From contig CAYYFR010000006.1 of the NCBI GenBank assembly GCA_964470865.1, positions 14,676 through 78,675 of the forward strand: a DNA stretch of 64,000 nucleotides. The letters run 5' to 3'. This document shows positions 28,310 through 37,816 of the stretch, piece by piece. Origin of the DNA: an uncultured Burkholderiales bacterium. Lineage in GTDB: Bacteria; Pseudomonadota; Gammaproteobacteria; Burkholderiales; JAEUOS01. The notes under the pieces are model-generated. The model searched no databases and had not been told where the DNA came from. It saw only the letters and a list, made by a program, of their open reading frames with translations. Both the position numbers and the translations under genes were made by a program. Positions within the stretch are counted from its first letter, which is position 1. Each line of letters opens with the position of its first letter.

Positions 28310-28798
28310 ATGGCAACCGATCTGCGCTTTGATGCCGTAGTGCGCGCGCCATTTGGCGGTATTGGCGTACGCGTGGCCGACGCTGGCGTGACAGAGCTGG
28401 TTTATGTGCCGCCTTCGGTTAAGCCACAGGCCGCCCAGGCCGGACTCGCGCGCATAACGGCCCTGCAGATTGAGGCTTATCTGGCCGACGCCGCATTTTG
28501 CTTTAATCTGCCGGTAGCGCCACGCGGCAGCGCATTCCAGCTAAGGGTGTGGGACGTGATCAAGGCTATTCCTGCCGGGTCGACCTTGACTTACGGTGAA
28601 GTCGCGCGCCGCATCCGCAGCGCGCCACGTGCCGTCGGTCAGGCCTGCGGCGCCAACTGGTTTCCATTGGTGGTGCCGTGTCATCGGGTACTCGCCGTCG
28701 GCGGCATCGGCGGCTTTGCCCGGCATGACGGCGGTGGCTTTCATCTTGATGTCAAGCGCTGGCTGCTGCGCCATGAGCGAGTGCCCGGCTATGCTTGA
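28310..28798 (+). CDS. ogt: Methylated-DNA--protein-cysteine methyltransferase
   Basis: Active-site PCHRV and the TYGEVA helix-turn-wing region. Confidence 0.85.
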   Translation: MATDLRFDAVVRAPFGGIGVRVADAGVTELVYVPPSVKPQAAQAGLARITALQIEAYLADAAFCFNLPVAPRGSAFQLRVWDVIKAIPAGSTLTYGEVARRIRSAPRAVGQACGANWFPLVVPCHRVLAVGGIGGFARHDGGGFHLDVKRWLLRHERVPGYA

Positions 28799-29693
28799 AG
28801 CGGATCGGGCGCTGATCGATGAATTTTGTGATGCTGCGTGGCTGGAGGACGGGCTTGCGCGGCTCACGCTCGACGCCTACCGGCGTGACTTGTCGCAACT
28901 GGCCGATTGGCTCTGCGCGCGCGATCAAAGTCTGGTGCATGCCGGTGAAGCGGACCTCAGCGCATACATCGGTGCCCGCCATGCCGGTGGTGCCAAGCCG
29001 GCCAGCAGCAATCGCCGGCTGTCGGCCGCGAAGCGCTTTTATCGCTGGACGGTACGCCAGAATCGGCGCAGTACGGACCCGACCGCCAATCTCGATTCGG
29101 CCAGACAGGCCTTGCGTTTTCCCAAGACTCTCTCGGAGGCCGATGTCCTGCACCTGCTGGCCGCGCCCGACGTCGGCAGTCCACTCGGCTTGCGCGATCG
29201 CGCCATGCTTGAACTGCTGTACGCCAGTGGGCTGCGGGTTTCCGAACTGGTCGCCGTCAAGGTGCACGAAGCCAGCCTTTCTGATCAGGTGGTGCGGGTG
29301 GCGTCGGGCAAGGGGTTGAAAACCCGCCTGGTGCCGTTTGGTGAGGAGGCCTCTGACTGGATCGAGCGTTATCTGGCGGACTCGAGACCTGCTCTGCTGG
29401 CGGGGCGCGTGTCGGATGCGCTGTTTGTCACCGCGCGCGGCGCGGCGATGACGCGCCACAACTTCTGGCATTGCGTGAAGCGCTTTGCGTCGATTGCAGG
29501 TATTCCACCCGCGCTGTTGTCACCGCACACGCTGCGGCATGCATTTGCCACCCACCTGCTCAATCACGGTGCCGATTTGCGGGTGGTGCAGATGTTGCTA
29601 GGGCACGCCGATATCTCCACAACCCAGATCTACACCCATGTTGCACGTGCCCGCCTGAAGCAACTGCACGCGGTGCACCATCCGCGCGCCTGA
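28791..29693 (+). CDS. xerD: Site-specific tyrosine recombinase XerD
   Basis: N-terminal LIDEF...WLEDGLA..TL.AYRRDL, catalytic RD...HTLRHAFATHLL...GHADISTTQIYTHV. ATG 28791 overlaps the ogt stop by 8 nt. Confidence 0.9.
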   Translation: MLEADRALIDEFCDAAWLEDGLARLTLDAYRRDLSQLADWLCARDQSLVHAGEADLSAYIGARHAGGAKPASSNRRLSAAKRFYRWTVRQNRRSTDPTANLDSARQALRFPKTLSEADVLHLLAAPDVGSPLGLRDRAMLELLYASGLRVSELVAVKVHEASLSDQVVRVASGKGLKTRLVPFGEEASDWIERYLADSRPALLAGRVSDALFVTARGAAMTRHNFWHCVKRFASIAGIPPALLSPHTLRHAFATHLLNHGADLRVVQMLLGHADISTTQIYTHVARARLKQLHAVHHPRA

Positions 29694-29752
29694 GGTGCAG
29701 TGTGCCGTCAGCGACACGCGTTGATGCCGATTTGAACCGACGTTTGCAAGCC

Positions 29753-30244
29753 ATGTCCAAGAAGCCGCATGTATCCGAGACGCCCGCCACCGCTTTCCTG
29801 AAACGCGAGGCAGTCACCTTCACCGAGCATCCCTACATCTATGAGGAGCACGGCGGCACCGAGGTCTCGGCGCGGGAACTGGGCGTTGACGAACATGCCG
29901 TGGTCAAGACCCTGGTCATGGAGGACGAAAAGGCGCGCCCCTTGATCGTGCTGATGCATGGTGACCGCAAGGTATCGACCAAGAACCTGGCGCGCCAGAT
30001 CGGTGTCAAGAGTGTCCTGCCGTGCGAGCCGGCGGTGGCCAGCCGCCATTCCGGCTACCTGGTTGGCGGCACTGCGCCGTTTGCCACGCGCAAGCCAATG
30101 CAGGTGTATGCGGAGAAGTCGATTCTCGCGTTGCCGAAGATTTACATCAACGGCGGGCGCCGCGGCTACCTGATCGGCATGGAGCCGGCGGAACTGGCGC
30201 GCGTGTTACCGCTGAAGCTCGTTGAGGCTGCGCTCGAAGATTGA
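29753..30244 (+). CDS. ybaK: Cys-tRNA(Pro)/Cys-tRNA(Cys) deacylase YbaK
   Basis: 163 aa from ATG 29753. YbaK/EbsC motifs (VVKTLVM, SGYLVGGTAPF, YINGGRRG). Confidence 0.85.
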   Translation: MSKKPHVSETPATAFLKREAVTFTEHPYIYEEHGGTEVSARELGVDEHAVVKTLVMEDEKARPLIVLMHGDRKVSTKNLARQIGVKSVLPCEPAVASRHSGYLVGGTAPFATRKPMQVYAEKSILALPKIYINGGRRGYLIGMEPAELARVLPLKLVEAALED

Positions 30245-30257
30245 GTCGCGCGACGTT

Positions 30258-31781
30258 TCAGGGCGGGGGCGGCGAAGCTTCCAGGCGCCGCCGCTCGCGA
30301 CCCTCGGTATCAACGCTTTCCAGAATCACCCGGAAGCCCCACAGCCGCGCCACGTGCCGCAGTACCTCGTCGGCCTCGTCATTGAGCGCGCGTCCGGCTT
30401 GCTGCACATGGCGCAGCGTCAGCGAGCGGTCGCCGCGGGTATCCACCGACCAAACCTGGACATTCGGTTCGCGATGATTGATGTCGTACTGGCGCGCCAG
30501 CGCCTCGCGCAAATGGCGATAGCCGGCATCATCATGAATCGCGGCAACCTCCAATTCCGCTTCCGACTCCTCGTCACGCACCGCGAACAGCCGGAAGCGC
30601 CGCATCAACTCGGGTGAAAGGTACTGACCGACAAAGCTCTCGTCCTTGAAGTTGCGCATCGCATAGTCGAGGGTCTTGACCCAGTCGGAACCGGCGATGT
30701 CGGGGAACCAGCGGCGGTCCTCGTCGGTGGGCGCTTCGCAAATGCGCTTCAAGTCGCTGAACATCGCAAAGCCCAGCGCATAGGGATTAATGCGTCCGCC
30801 CGGCGGCTGGGCCACCACGTTGGTGTGTGACTGCAGGAATTCGAGCATGAAGCCGTCGGTCAGCAGGCCTTCTTCATACATGCTGTTCAACAGTGTGTAG
30901 TGCCAGAACGTTGCCCAGCCCTCGTTCATCACCTGAGTCTGGCGTTGCGGATAGAAATACTGGGCCGCCTTGCGCACAATGCGCACGATCTCGCGCTGCC
31001 AGGGTTCCAGCAGTGGCGCGTGCTTTTCAATGAAATACAGGAGGTTTTCCTGCGGCTCCTCGGGAAAGCGTCGCCGCGCTTCTTCGACCTTGCGGTCGGC
31101 AGCGCGTGGCAGAGTGCGCCACAAGTCGTTTACCTGTTGTTGCAGGTAGACCTCGCGCTCGGCACGGCGCATCTGTTCCTGGGCGAGCGAAAGCTTTTGC
31201 GGTCGCCGGTAACGGTCGACACCGTGGTCCATCAGCGCATGACACGAGTCGAGCGTCTGCTCGACCGCTTCCAGACCGTGGCGTTCCTCGCATTCGGCGA
31301 TGTAGGTGCGTGCATACACCAGATAGTCGACAATCGAAGATGCATCGGTCCACATGCGAAACAGGTAGTTGCCCTTGAAGAAGGAGTTATGCCCGTAGGC
31401 CGCATGGGCGATCACCAGTGCCTGCATTGGCAGGGTGTTTTCTTCCATCAGGTAGGCAATGCACGGATCGGAATTGATCACGATCTCGTAGGCCAGGCCC
31501 ATCTGGCCGCGGCGGTAACTGCGCTCGGTGGCGATGAATTGCTTGCCGAACGACCAGTGGCGGTAGTTGACCGGCATGCCCACCGAGGCGTACGCGTCCA
31601 TCATCTGCTCGGCGGTGATGACCTCGAGCTGGTTGGCGTAAGTGTCGAGCCCGAAGCGCCTGGCGGTGCGTGCTATCGCGTCGTGGTAGAGCTCGATGAG
31701 TTCGAACGACCACTCGGATGGGCACGGCAGTGGTGCATCCGCGCGCCCAGGGGGCGACTCGCCTGGTGAACGCGAACTCAA
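30258..31781 (-). CDS. SpoVR-family protein (YcgB-like)
   Basis: Matches the E. coli YcgB pattern (WSFELIELY...RFGLDTYANQLEVITAEQMMDAYASVGMPVNYRHWSFGKQF). Start proposed at TTG 31781 behind AAGGAG, overlapping the yeaH-like stop (TTGA). Confidence 0.85.
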   Translation of the reverse strand: MSSRSPGESPPGRADAPLPCPSEWSFELIELYHDAIARTARRFGLDTYANQLEVITAEQMMDAYASVGMPVNYRHWSFGKQFIATERSYRRGQMGLAYEIVINSDPCIAYLMEENTLPMQALVIAHAAYGHNSFFKGNYLFRMWTDASSIVDYLVYARTYIAECEERHGLEAVEQTLDSCHALMDHGVDRYRRPQKLSLAQEQMRRAEREVYLQQQVNDLWRTLPRAADRKVEEARRRFPEEPQENLLYFIEKHAPLLEPWQREIVRIVRKAAQYFYPQRQTQVMNEGWATFWHYTLLNSMYEEGLLTDGFMLEFLQSHTNVVAQPPGGRINPYALGFAMFSDLKRICEAPTDEDRRWFPDIAGSDWVKTLDYAMRNFKDESFVGQYLSPELMRRFRLFAVRDEESEAELEVAAIHDDAGYRHLREALARQYDINHREPNVQVWSVDTRGDRSLTLRHVQQAGRALNDEADEVLRHVARLWGFRVILESVDTEGRERRRLEASPPPP

Positions 31782-33043
31782 GACTGTATCTCCTTCTTGA
31801 ACAACTCGCGAAACACGGGATAAATGTCGGCGGCTCCGGCGATCAAGCGCATGGCGAAATGCGGAACGTCGGCGGCGATCCGCGTGTACTCCTCCCACAG
31901 GCTTTGTTCGCCCTGGGCTACCTGGACGTAGGCGAAGTAGCGCAACAGCGGCAGGATGCTGGTGGTCAGCAACTCGCGGCACTTGGTCGAATCCTGGCCC
32001 CAGTTGTCGCCATCGGAGGCCTGCGCCGCGTAGATATTCCATTCGGCGGCGGCGTAGCGGGCGCGAATGATGTCATTCATCAACGTGAGCGCGCTCGAAA
32101 CCACGGTGCCGCCGGATTCGGTGGCGTGGAAGAAATCGTGTTCATCCACCTCGTCGGCCTGCGTATGGTGGCGTATGAAAACCACCTCGGTCTTGTCGTA
32201 GTGGCGGGTCAGGAACAGGTAGAGAAGGATGAAGAAACGCTTGGCGATATCCTTGCGTGCTTCGTCCATCGAGCCTGAAACGTCCATCACGCAGAACATG
32301 ACAGCCTTGCTCACAGGCTGCGGCACCTTGATCCGGTTGCGGTAGCGCAAGTCGATCGGATCGAGGTAGGGAATGCGTGCAAGGCGGCGCGTGAGTCGCT
32401 CGATCTCCGCCTCCAGGGCGGCGATCTCGTTGGGCAGCGTTTGCGGATTGCGCCGTGCCAAAGCCAGTCGCGCGCGCAACTCCTTGAGTTCGCGCCGATG
32501 CTCGCCACCCAGCGCGATGCGCCGGCCCAGTGCACCCCGCATCGAGCGCACCACACTGATGTTGTTGGGCGAGCCGTCGCCGGTGAAGCCGGCGCGCCGA
32601 TACTTGAATTCGGGAGTCTCCGCCAGGCGGGTCTTGACCATGTTCGGCAGCGCCAGGTCCTCGAAAAAATACTGCATGAACTCCTCGCGCGTCAGACTGA
32701 AGGTAAAGTCGTCCTCGCCTTCGCCGTCGCGGCTGGCCTTGCCGCCGCCCGATCCACCGCCGTTTTTGGGGCGTTCGATGCGGTCGCCGCGGGCGTAATC
32801 CTTGTTGCCGGGAATCACGTATTCGCGGTTGCCGCCAGGGCCGTGGCGGAAGCTCGGTTCGGACACGTCCTTGCGCGGTACGGTGACCGTTTCACCCTTG
32901 TCGATGTCGCGAATGCTGCGCCCGCTCACGGCGCGACGCACCGCGTCGCGAATCTGCTCGCGGTAGCGCTTGAGGAAGCGCTCGCGGTTGCCGATGGACT
33001 TGTTCTTGCCCGCCAGCCGCCGGTCGATGATCTGCTGCAGCAT
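31778..33043 (-). CDS. YeaH/YhbH-family protein (DUF444)
   Basis: N-terminus MLQQIIDRRLAGKNKSIGNRERFLKRY parallels E. coli YeaH (FIDRRLNGKNKS). VWA-like CVMDVSGSM. GGAGAA RBS before ATG 33043. Confidence 0.85.
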   Translation of the reverse strand: MLQQIIDRRLAGKNKSIGNRERFLKRYREQIRDAVRRAVSGRSIRDIDKGETVTVPRKDVSEPSFRHGPGGNREYVIPGNKDYARGDRIERPKNGGGSGGGKASRDGEGEDDFTFSLTREEFMQYFFEDLALPNMVKTRLAETPEFKYRRAGFTGDGSPNNISVVRSMRGALGRRIALGGEHRRELKELRARLALARRNPQTLPNEIAALEAEIERLTRRLARIPYLDPIDLRYRNRIKVPQPVSKAVMFCVMDVSGSMDEARKDIAKRFFILLYLFLTRHYDKTEVVFIRHHTQADEVDEHDFFHATESGGTVVSSALTLMNDIIRARYAAAEWNIYAAQASDGDNWGQDSTKCRELLTTSILPLLRYFAYVQVAQGEQSLWEEYTRIAADVPHFAMRLIAGAADIYPVFRELFKKEIQS

Positions 33044-33099
33044 GAGTTTCTCCGGGTTGTCGGCGCGAGCGGCGCAGCGCCGCTCGCGCCGCATCGATC

Positions 33100-35022
33100 C
33101 TACGAACTCTTCCTGACGCGCAAGTACCACTCACACAACAGGCGCACCTGCTTCGGTGTATAGCCTTTGGTGACCATCCGGTTGACGAAATCCTCGTGTT
33201 TCTTTTGCTCGTCGGCGCTCGCCTTGGCATTGAACGAGATCACCGGCAGCAGTTCCTCGGTGTTGGAGAACATCTTCTTCTCGATCACCGTACGTAGCTT
33301 CTCGTAGCTGGTCCAGGCCGGGTTCTTGCCGCCGTTGTTGGCACGCGCCCGCAGCACGAAGTTGACGATCTCGTTGCGAAAATCCTTGGGGTTGCTGATG
33401 CCGGCAGGCTTCTCGATCTTCTCCAACTCGGCGTTCAGCGCGACCCTGTCGAAGCTCTCTCCGGTGTCGGTGTCGCGGTATTCCTGGTCCTGGATCCAGT
33501 AGTCGGCGTAAGTGACATAGCGGTCGAAAATGTTCTGGCCGTACTCCGAGTAAGACTCCAGGTAGGCGGTCTGGATCTCCTTGCCGATAAATTCGGCGTA
33601 GCGCGCCGCCAACTGCTCCTTGACATAGGAAAGGTACTTCTGCTCCAGCTCTCCGGGAAACTGTTCGCGTTCGATCTGCTGTTCCAGCACGTACATCAGG
33701 TGCACCGGATTGGCGGCGACCTCGGCGGAATCGAAATTGAACACCTTGGACAGAATCTTGAACGAGAAACGGGTCGATACGCCACTCATGCCTTCGTCGA
33801 CACCGGCGTAGTCGCGATACTCCTGGTAGCTCTTTGCCTTTGGGTCGGTGTCCTTGAGGTTTTCGCCGTCGTAGATCTGCATCTTGGACAGCAGGCTTGA
33901 ATTCTCGGGTTCGGCCAGACGCGTGAGCACCGCGAACTGCGCCATCATCTTCAAGGTGCCGGGCGCGCAGGTGGCCTTGGCCAGGGAGGAATTGCGGATC
34001 AGCTTCTCGTAGATGCGCACTTCCTCGGAGACGCGCAGGCAGTAAGGCACCTTGACGATGTAGATGCGGTCGAGAAAGGCCTCGTTGTTCTTGTTGTTGC
34101 GAAACGCCTTCCACTCGCTTTCATTGGAGTGCGCCAGCACAATGCCGTCGAACGGAATCGCGCCAAAACCCTCGGTGCCCTTGAAGTTGCCCTCCTGGGT
34201 GGCCGTCAGGAGCGGATGCAGCACCTTGATTGGCGCCTTGAACATCTCGACGAATTCGAGCAGGCCCTGGTTGGCCAGGCACAGGCCGCCTGAATAGCTG
34301 TAGGCATCCGGATCATCCTGCGCATAGGTTTCGAGCTTGCGAATGTCGACTTTGCCCACCAGGGAAGAAATATCCTGATTGTTCTCGTCGCCCGGTTCGG
34401 TCTTGGCGATTGCGATCTGCTTCAAGATCGACGGATAGCGCCGGACCACGCGAAAGCGCCGGATATCGCCACCGAATTCCTCAAGTCGCTTGACCGCCCA
34501 GGGTGACAGGATGCGGGTCAGGTGGCGCCGTGGGATCCCGTATTGATCTTCCAGTATGCGACCGTCCTCGTCCGGGTCGAACAGGCCGAGCGGCGACTCA
34601 TTGACCGGCGAACCCTTGATCGAATAAAAAGGCACCCGCTCCATGAGTTGCTTGAGGCGCTCGGCGATGGATGACTTGCCGCCACCGACCGGGCCCAGCA
34701 GATAGAGAATCTGTTTCTTTTCCTCCAGCCCCTGGGCGGCATGGCGGAAGTACGACACCACCTGCTCGATGACTTCCTCGGCACCATGGAACTCGCGAAA
34801 AGCTGGATAAATCTTGATGATCTTGTTGGCGAAAATGCGTGACAGTGCCGGGTTATTGCGCGTGTCGACGGATTCCGGCTCGCCAATGGCCGACAGCATG
34901 CGCTCGGGCGCGGTGGCATAGGCCATCGGATCGCGTTTGCAGATGTCCAGGTAGTCTTCGAGGGAAAATTCCTCTTCGCGCGTGCGCTCGAAGCGGGCGG
35001 CGAAATTGCTGATGACGTCCAT
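33100..35022 (-). CDS. prkA: PrkA-family serine protein kinase (YeaG-like)
   Basis: 640 aa. Walker A LLGPVGGGKSSIAERLK. Conserved gene order prkA-yeaH-spoVR. Strong RBS GAGGAGG. Confidence 0.9.
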   Translation of the reverse strand: MDVISNFAARFERTREEEFSLEDYLDICKRDPMAYATAPERMLSAIGEPESVDTRNNPALSRIFANKIIKIYPAFREFHGAEEVIEQVVSYFRHAAQGLEEKKQILYLLGPVGGGKSSIAERLKQLMERVPFYSIKGSPVNESPLGLFDPDEDGRILEDQYGIPRRHLTRILSPWAVKRLEEFGGDIRRFRVVRRYPSILKQIAIAKTEPGDENNQDISSLVGKVDIRKLETYAQDDPDAYSYSGGLCLANQGLLEFVEMFKAPIKVLHPLLTATQEGNFKGTEGFGAIPFDGIVLAHSNESEWKAFRNNKNNEAFLDRIYIVKVPYCLRVSEEVRIYEKLIRNSSLAKATCAPGTLKMMAQFAVLTRLAEPENSSLLSKMQIYDGENLKDTDPKAKSYQEYRDYAGVDEGMSGVSTRFSFKILSKVFNFDSAEVAANPVHLMYVLEQQIEREQFPGELEQKYLSYVKEQLAARYAEFIGKEIQTAYLESYSEYGQNIFDRYVTYADYWIQDQEYRDTDTGESFDRVALNAELEKIEKPAGISNPKDFRNEIVNFVLRARANNGGKNPAWTSYEKLRTVIEKKMFSNTEELLPVISFNAKASADEQKKHEDFVNRMVTKGYTPKQVRLLCEWYLRVRKSS

Positions 35023-35516
35023 GCGGCCTCCTCAAATGATGATCAATAGCGGGGCGGGCAAAAGAGCGCGGCTCAAGGCCGGGTTACAAATTCAGCTTTA
35101 CACAAATATCCTGCTCCGCGTCCAACAAAGACAATGCAAGAAGTGCCCCTATTCCTGCGGTCTGACACAAATGCAAAAGCTGCTAGCTTGCCACCGCTCT
35201 CCGCGGACCGGACTTGTTAACGGTGTCCCTATTCAACGTTTGTCAGACCGAATCGGATGACGAAAGTTCGGCCGGATATATTGCGATTTTCGGGTGCCAG
35301 GATCCTCCAGTGGCCTCTGGAAATGCATCCTTCGCGCCAAAACAAGCAGAACAAAAATTACCATATGATGATCAATTCTACGTTGATGATCAACATGTTG
35401 TGGTTGTAGAGGTCATTGGCCGACAAAGCGCGAATCAAATGACCGGTCGACGCGACTCTGGGAAAACCCGCAGTCCCAACGGTTGCGCGGCGTCCACTGC
35501 CCTGGGGTACAACCAG

Positions 35517-35873
35517 CTATGCGTTTGCGCGGCGCTCGACCATCACGCCGACCTCGCGAGCTGCCGAAAGGATTCCGATCTTGGCGACCGCGAGCTTGAC
35601 ATATGGCGTCTTGAACTCCGCCACAATGCCACGCGCCAGATGGTCGGCCATGCGTTCCAGAAGCTTGAAATGGTGCCGATCGCATTCCTGTTTGATGTAG
35701 TCGGCAACGGCGGCATAGTTCACGGTGTCGGCCAGTTTGTCGCTTTGAAAGACAGCATCGCCCGGAATCGCCAGCTCGATATTGAATTCAAGCCTTTGCC
35801 TGGCCTCGCGTTCACGCGCATAGTGACCAACAATGGTGGTCACGGTCAGGTTGCGAATGAAGATCAGGTCCAT
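35517..35873 (-). CDS. folB: Dihydroneopterin aldolase
   Basis: MDLIFIRNLTVTTIVGHYAREREARQ...DTVNYAAV, typical of FolB. Adjacent divergent plsY, as in E. coli. Confidence 0.85.
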   Translation of the reverse strand: MDLIFIRNLTVTTIVGHYAREREARQRLEFNIELAIPGDAVFQSDKLADTVNYAAVADYIKQECDRHHFKLLERMADHLARGIVAEFKTPYVKLAVAKIGILSAAREVGVMVERRANA

Positions 35874-35917
35874 ATTGTTAAAATTCGTTTCGGTTTGGGT
35901 CATTCTAGAAGAAAGCC

Positions 35918-36526
35918 ATGATGAGTCTCTTGTTCGGGGTCATTGCTTATCTCATCGGGTCGATTTCGTTCGCAGTGATCGTGAGCAAGGCGCTCGGTCT
36001 GGCCGATCCACGCACTTATGGCTCGGGCAATCCCGGCGCCACCAACGTGCTGCGATCTGGCAGCAAGGTGGCGGCCGTGCTGACACTCGCAGGTGATGCC
36101 TTCAAAGGCTGGATCGCGGTCTGTTTGGCGCAGAACTACACACAAAGCTTCGGCGTGGATGAGGCCGGTGTCGCCCTGGCTGCACTGGCGGTTTTTCTCG
36201 GGCACTTGTACCCGGTGTTTTTCCGTTTTCAAGGCGGCAAGGGTGTGGCGACCGCACTTGGGGTATTGATCGCAATTGACCTTCGCCTGGGCCTGGCCAC
36301 GTTGGCGACCTGGCTCGTCATTGCCATTTTTTTTCGCTTTTCTTCGCTTGCGGCGATCGTTTCGGCAGCGTTTGCGGTGTTTTTCCATGCGGCTTACTGG
36401 CCTCTTGGCTTGACCACGCTTGCGATTGGGGCGATGTCGGCTTTTTTGGTTTGGCGCCACCGCGCAAACATCGGGAAATTGCTGGCCGGTACCGAGGCAC
36501 GCCTTTGGGCGAAGGCCAGATCATGA
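35918..36526 (+). CDS. plsY: Glycerol-3-phosphate acyltransferase PlsY
   Basis: [12 protein letters not shown] motif and multiple TM segments. 202 aa. Confidence 0.9.
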   Translation: MMSLLFGVIAYLIGSISFAVIVSKALGLADPRTYGSGNPGATNVLRSGSKVAAVLTLAGDAFKGWIAVCLAQNYTQSFGVDEAGVALAALAVFLGHLYPVFFRFQGGKGVATALGVLIAIDLRLGLATLATWLVIAIFFRFSSLAAIVSAAFAVFFHAAYWPLGLTTLAIGAMSAFLVWRHRANIGKLLAGTEARLWAKARS

Positions 36527-36557
36527 AGGTCCGCCCCGCTGTGGTCTGGCGAAGCCG

Positions 36558-37586
36558 CTACGTCGCCTCAAGGCTCCAGCGCGGCCGCACTTCGAACCTG
36601 TAGTCGCCCGGGCTTACGCCGGCATCGGCGCGGCAGGCGGCGGCAAAGGCGATCATGGCCCCGTTGTCGGTGCACAACGAAAGCTCCGGATAAAAGACCG
36701 CAAACTTTTCGGCTACGGCTGCCGCATCGAGACGTGCCCGCAATACCCGATTGGCCGAGACGCCGCCGGCGATCACCAGGCGATCCAACCCGGTAACTTT
36801 GAGCGCGCGCAGCGATTTGCCAATCAACACGTCGACAATGGCGTCCTCGACCGCGTGCGCGATGTCGGCCTGCGCATCCACAGCGCCGGCTTGCTGACGC
36901 ACCAGCGACAAGACGGCGGTTTTCAGGCCGCTGAAACTGAAATCAAGATTGGCCGCTGTCAGCAAGGGGCGCGGCAGGCGAAATCGGCCGGCCACGCCGC
37001 GCTCCGCCAGCGCGCTCAAGGCCGGGCCGCCGGGATAGCCAAGCCCGAGCAATTTGGCGCTCTTGTCGAACGCTTCGCCTGCTGCATCGTCAACCGATTG
37101 GCCCAGCAACTCGTAGCGTCCGATGCCGGCAACACGCATCAGTTGTGTGTGGCCGCCGGAAACCAGCAAGGCTACGAAGGGGAAGGCCGGAGGCAGGTTG
37201 GAAAGCAAGGGCGACAACAAGTGCCCTTCAAGGTGGTGCACCGGTAGCGCCGGCACGCCGAGCGCGCAGGCCATGCCGCAGGCAGTGCCGGCGCCGACCA
37301 GCAGGGCGCCGGCCAGACCGGGTCCCTGTGTGTAGGCGATTGCGTCAAGTTCTAAAGGAGTGACGCAGGCTTCATCGAGCACCCGCCGCGCCAAAGGGAG
37401 CACCCGGCGAATGTGGTCGCGCGAGGCGAGTTCAGGGACTACCCCGCCGTAGTCCTCATGCATGCGCACCTGGGAATACAGCGCTTGCGCCAAGAGGCCG
37501 TCCAGCGGGCGCGAGCGACCACGGCACGAGTCATACAAGGCAACGCCGGTTTCGTCACATGACGTTTCAATGCCCAGAATGCGCAT
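36558..37586 (-). CDS. tsaD: tRNA N6-adenosine threonylcarbamoyltransferase TsaD
   Basis: [20 protein letters not shown]-terminus and HxxxH-type metal site (VHHLEGHLL). The 107-aa upstream extension of ORF 36558..37904 runs through a tandem repeat and is rejected. Confidence 0.9.
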   Translation of the reverse strand: MRILGIETSCDETGVALYDSCRGRSRPLDGLLAQALYSQVRMHEDYGGVVPELASRDHIRRVLPLARRVLDEACVTPLELDAIAYTQGPGLAGALLVGAGTACGMACALGVPALPVHHLEGHLLSPLLSNLPPAFPFVALLVSGGHTQLMRVAGIGRYELLGQSVDDAAGEAFDKSAKLLGLGYPGGPALSALAERGVAGRFRLPRPLLTAANLDFSFSGLKTAVLSLVRQQAGAVDAQADIAHAVEDAIVDVLIGKSLRALKVTGLDRLVIAGGVSANRVLRARLDAAAVAEKFAVFYPELSLCTDNGAMIAFAAACRADAGVSPGDYRFEVRPRWSLEAT

Positions 37587-37631
37587 GCCTGAATTTGTCC
37601 TTTGGCGCCATCGCCGGTAAAGTCGGCGTTG

Positions 37632-37700
37632 CCGCCTTGTGCGGCATCCAGCCATCCGCCTTGTGCGGTATCCAGCCATCCGCCTTGTGCGTATACCCAT
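37632..37700. repeat. 24-bp tandem repeat, 2.9 copies, in the tsaD/czcC intergenic region
   Basis: CCGCCTTGTGCGGCATCCAGCCAT (37632-37655), CCGCCTTGTGCGGTATCCAGCCAT (37656-37679), CCGCCTTGTGCGTATACCCAT (37680-37700). One substitution between the full copies. Confidence 0.9.
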
Positions 37701-37816
37701 GCGCTTGGATGCCCCGGCGTCCTGTCCGGATTGCCCACCCGGGTCGCAGCCCGGTAACCGAATTTTGCACTCTGGCGCCCAAGCGGCCGTTGCCTCGGCA
37801 GTATACTTCCCGCCCC

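Noticed and set aside
35281-35299. Possible sigma-54 promoter for prkA (minus strand TGGCACCCGAAAATCGCA)
   Set aside because: The GG-to-GC spacing is three nt too long relative to TGGCAC-N5-TTGC, and the -12 element is not TTGC.
35214-35921. 235-aa plus-strand ORF spanning the prkA-folB gap and folB
   Set aside because: Its 3' half is antisense to folB, a clear dihydroneopterin aldolase. Its 5' half lies in the AT-rich intergenic region with no RBS. No family resemblance.
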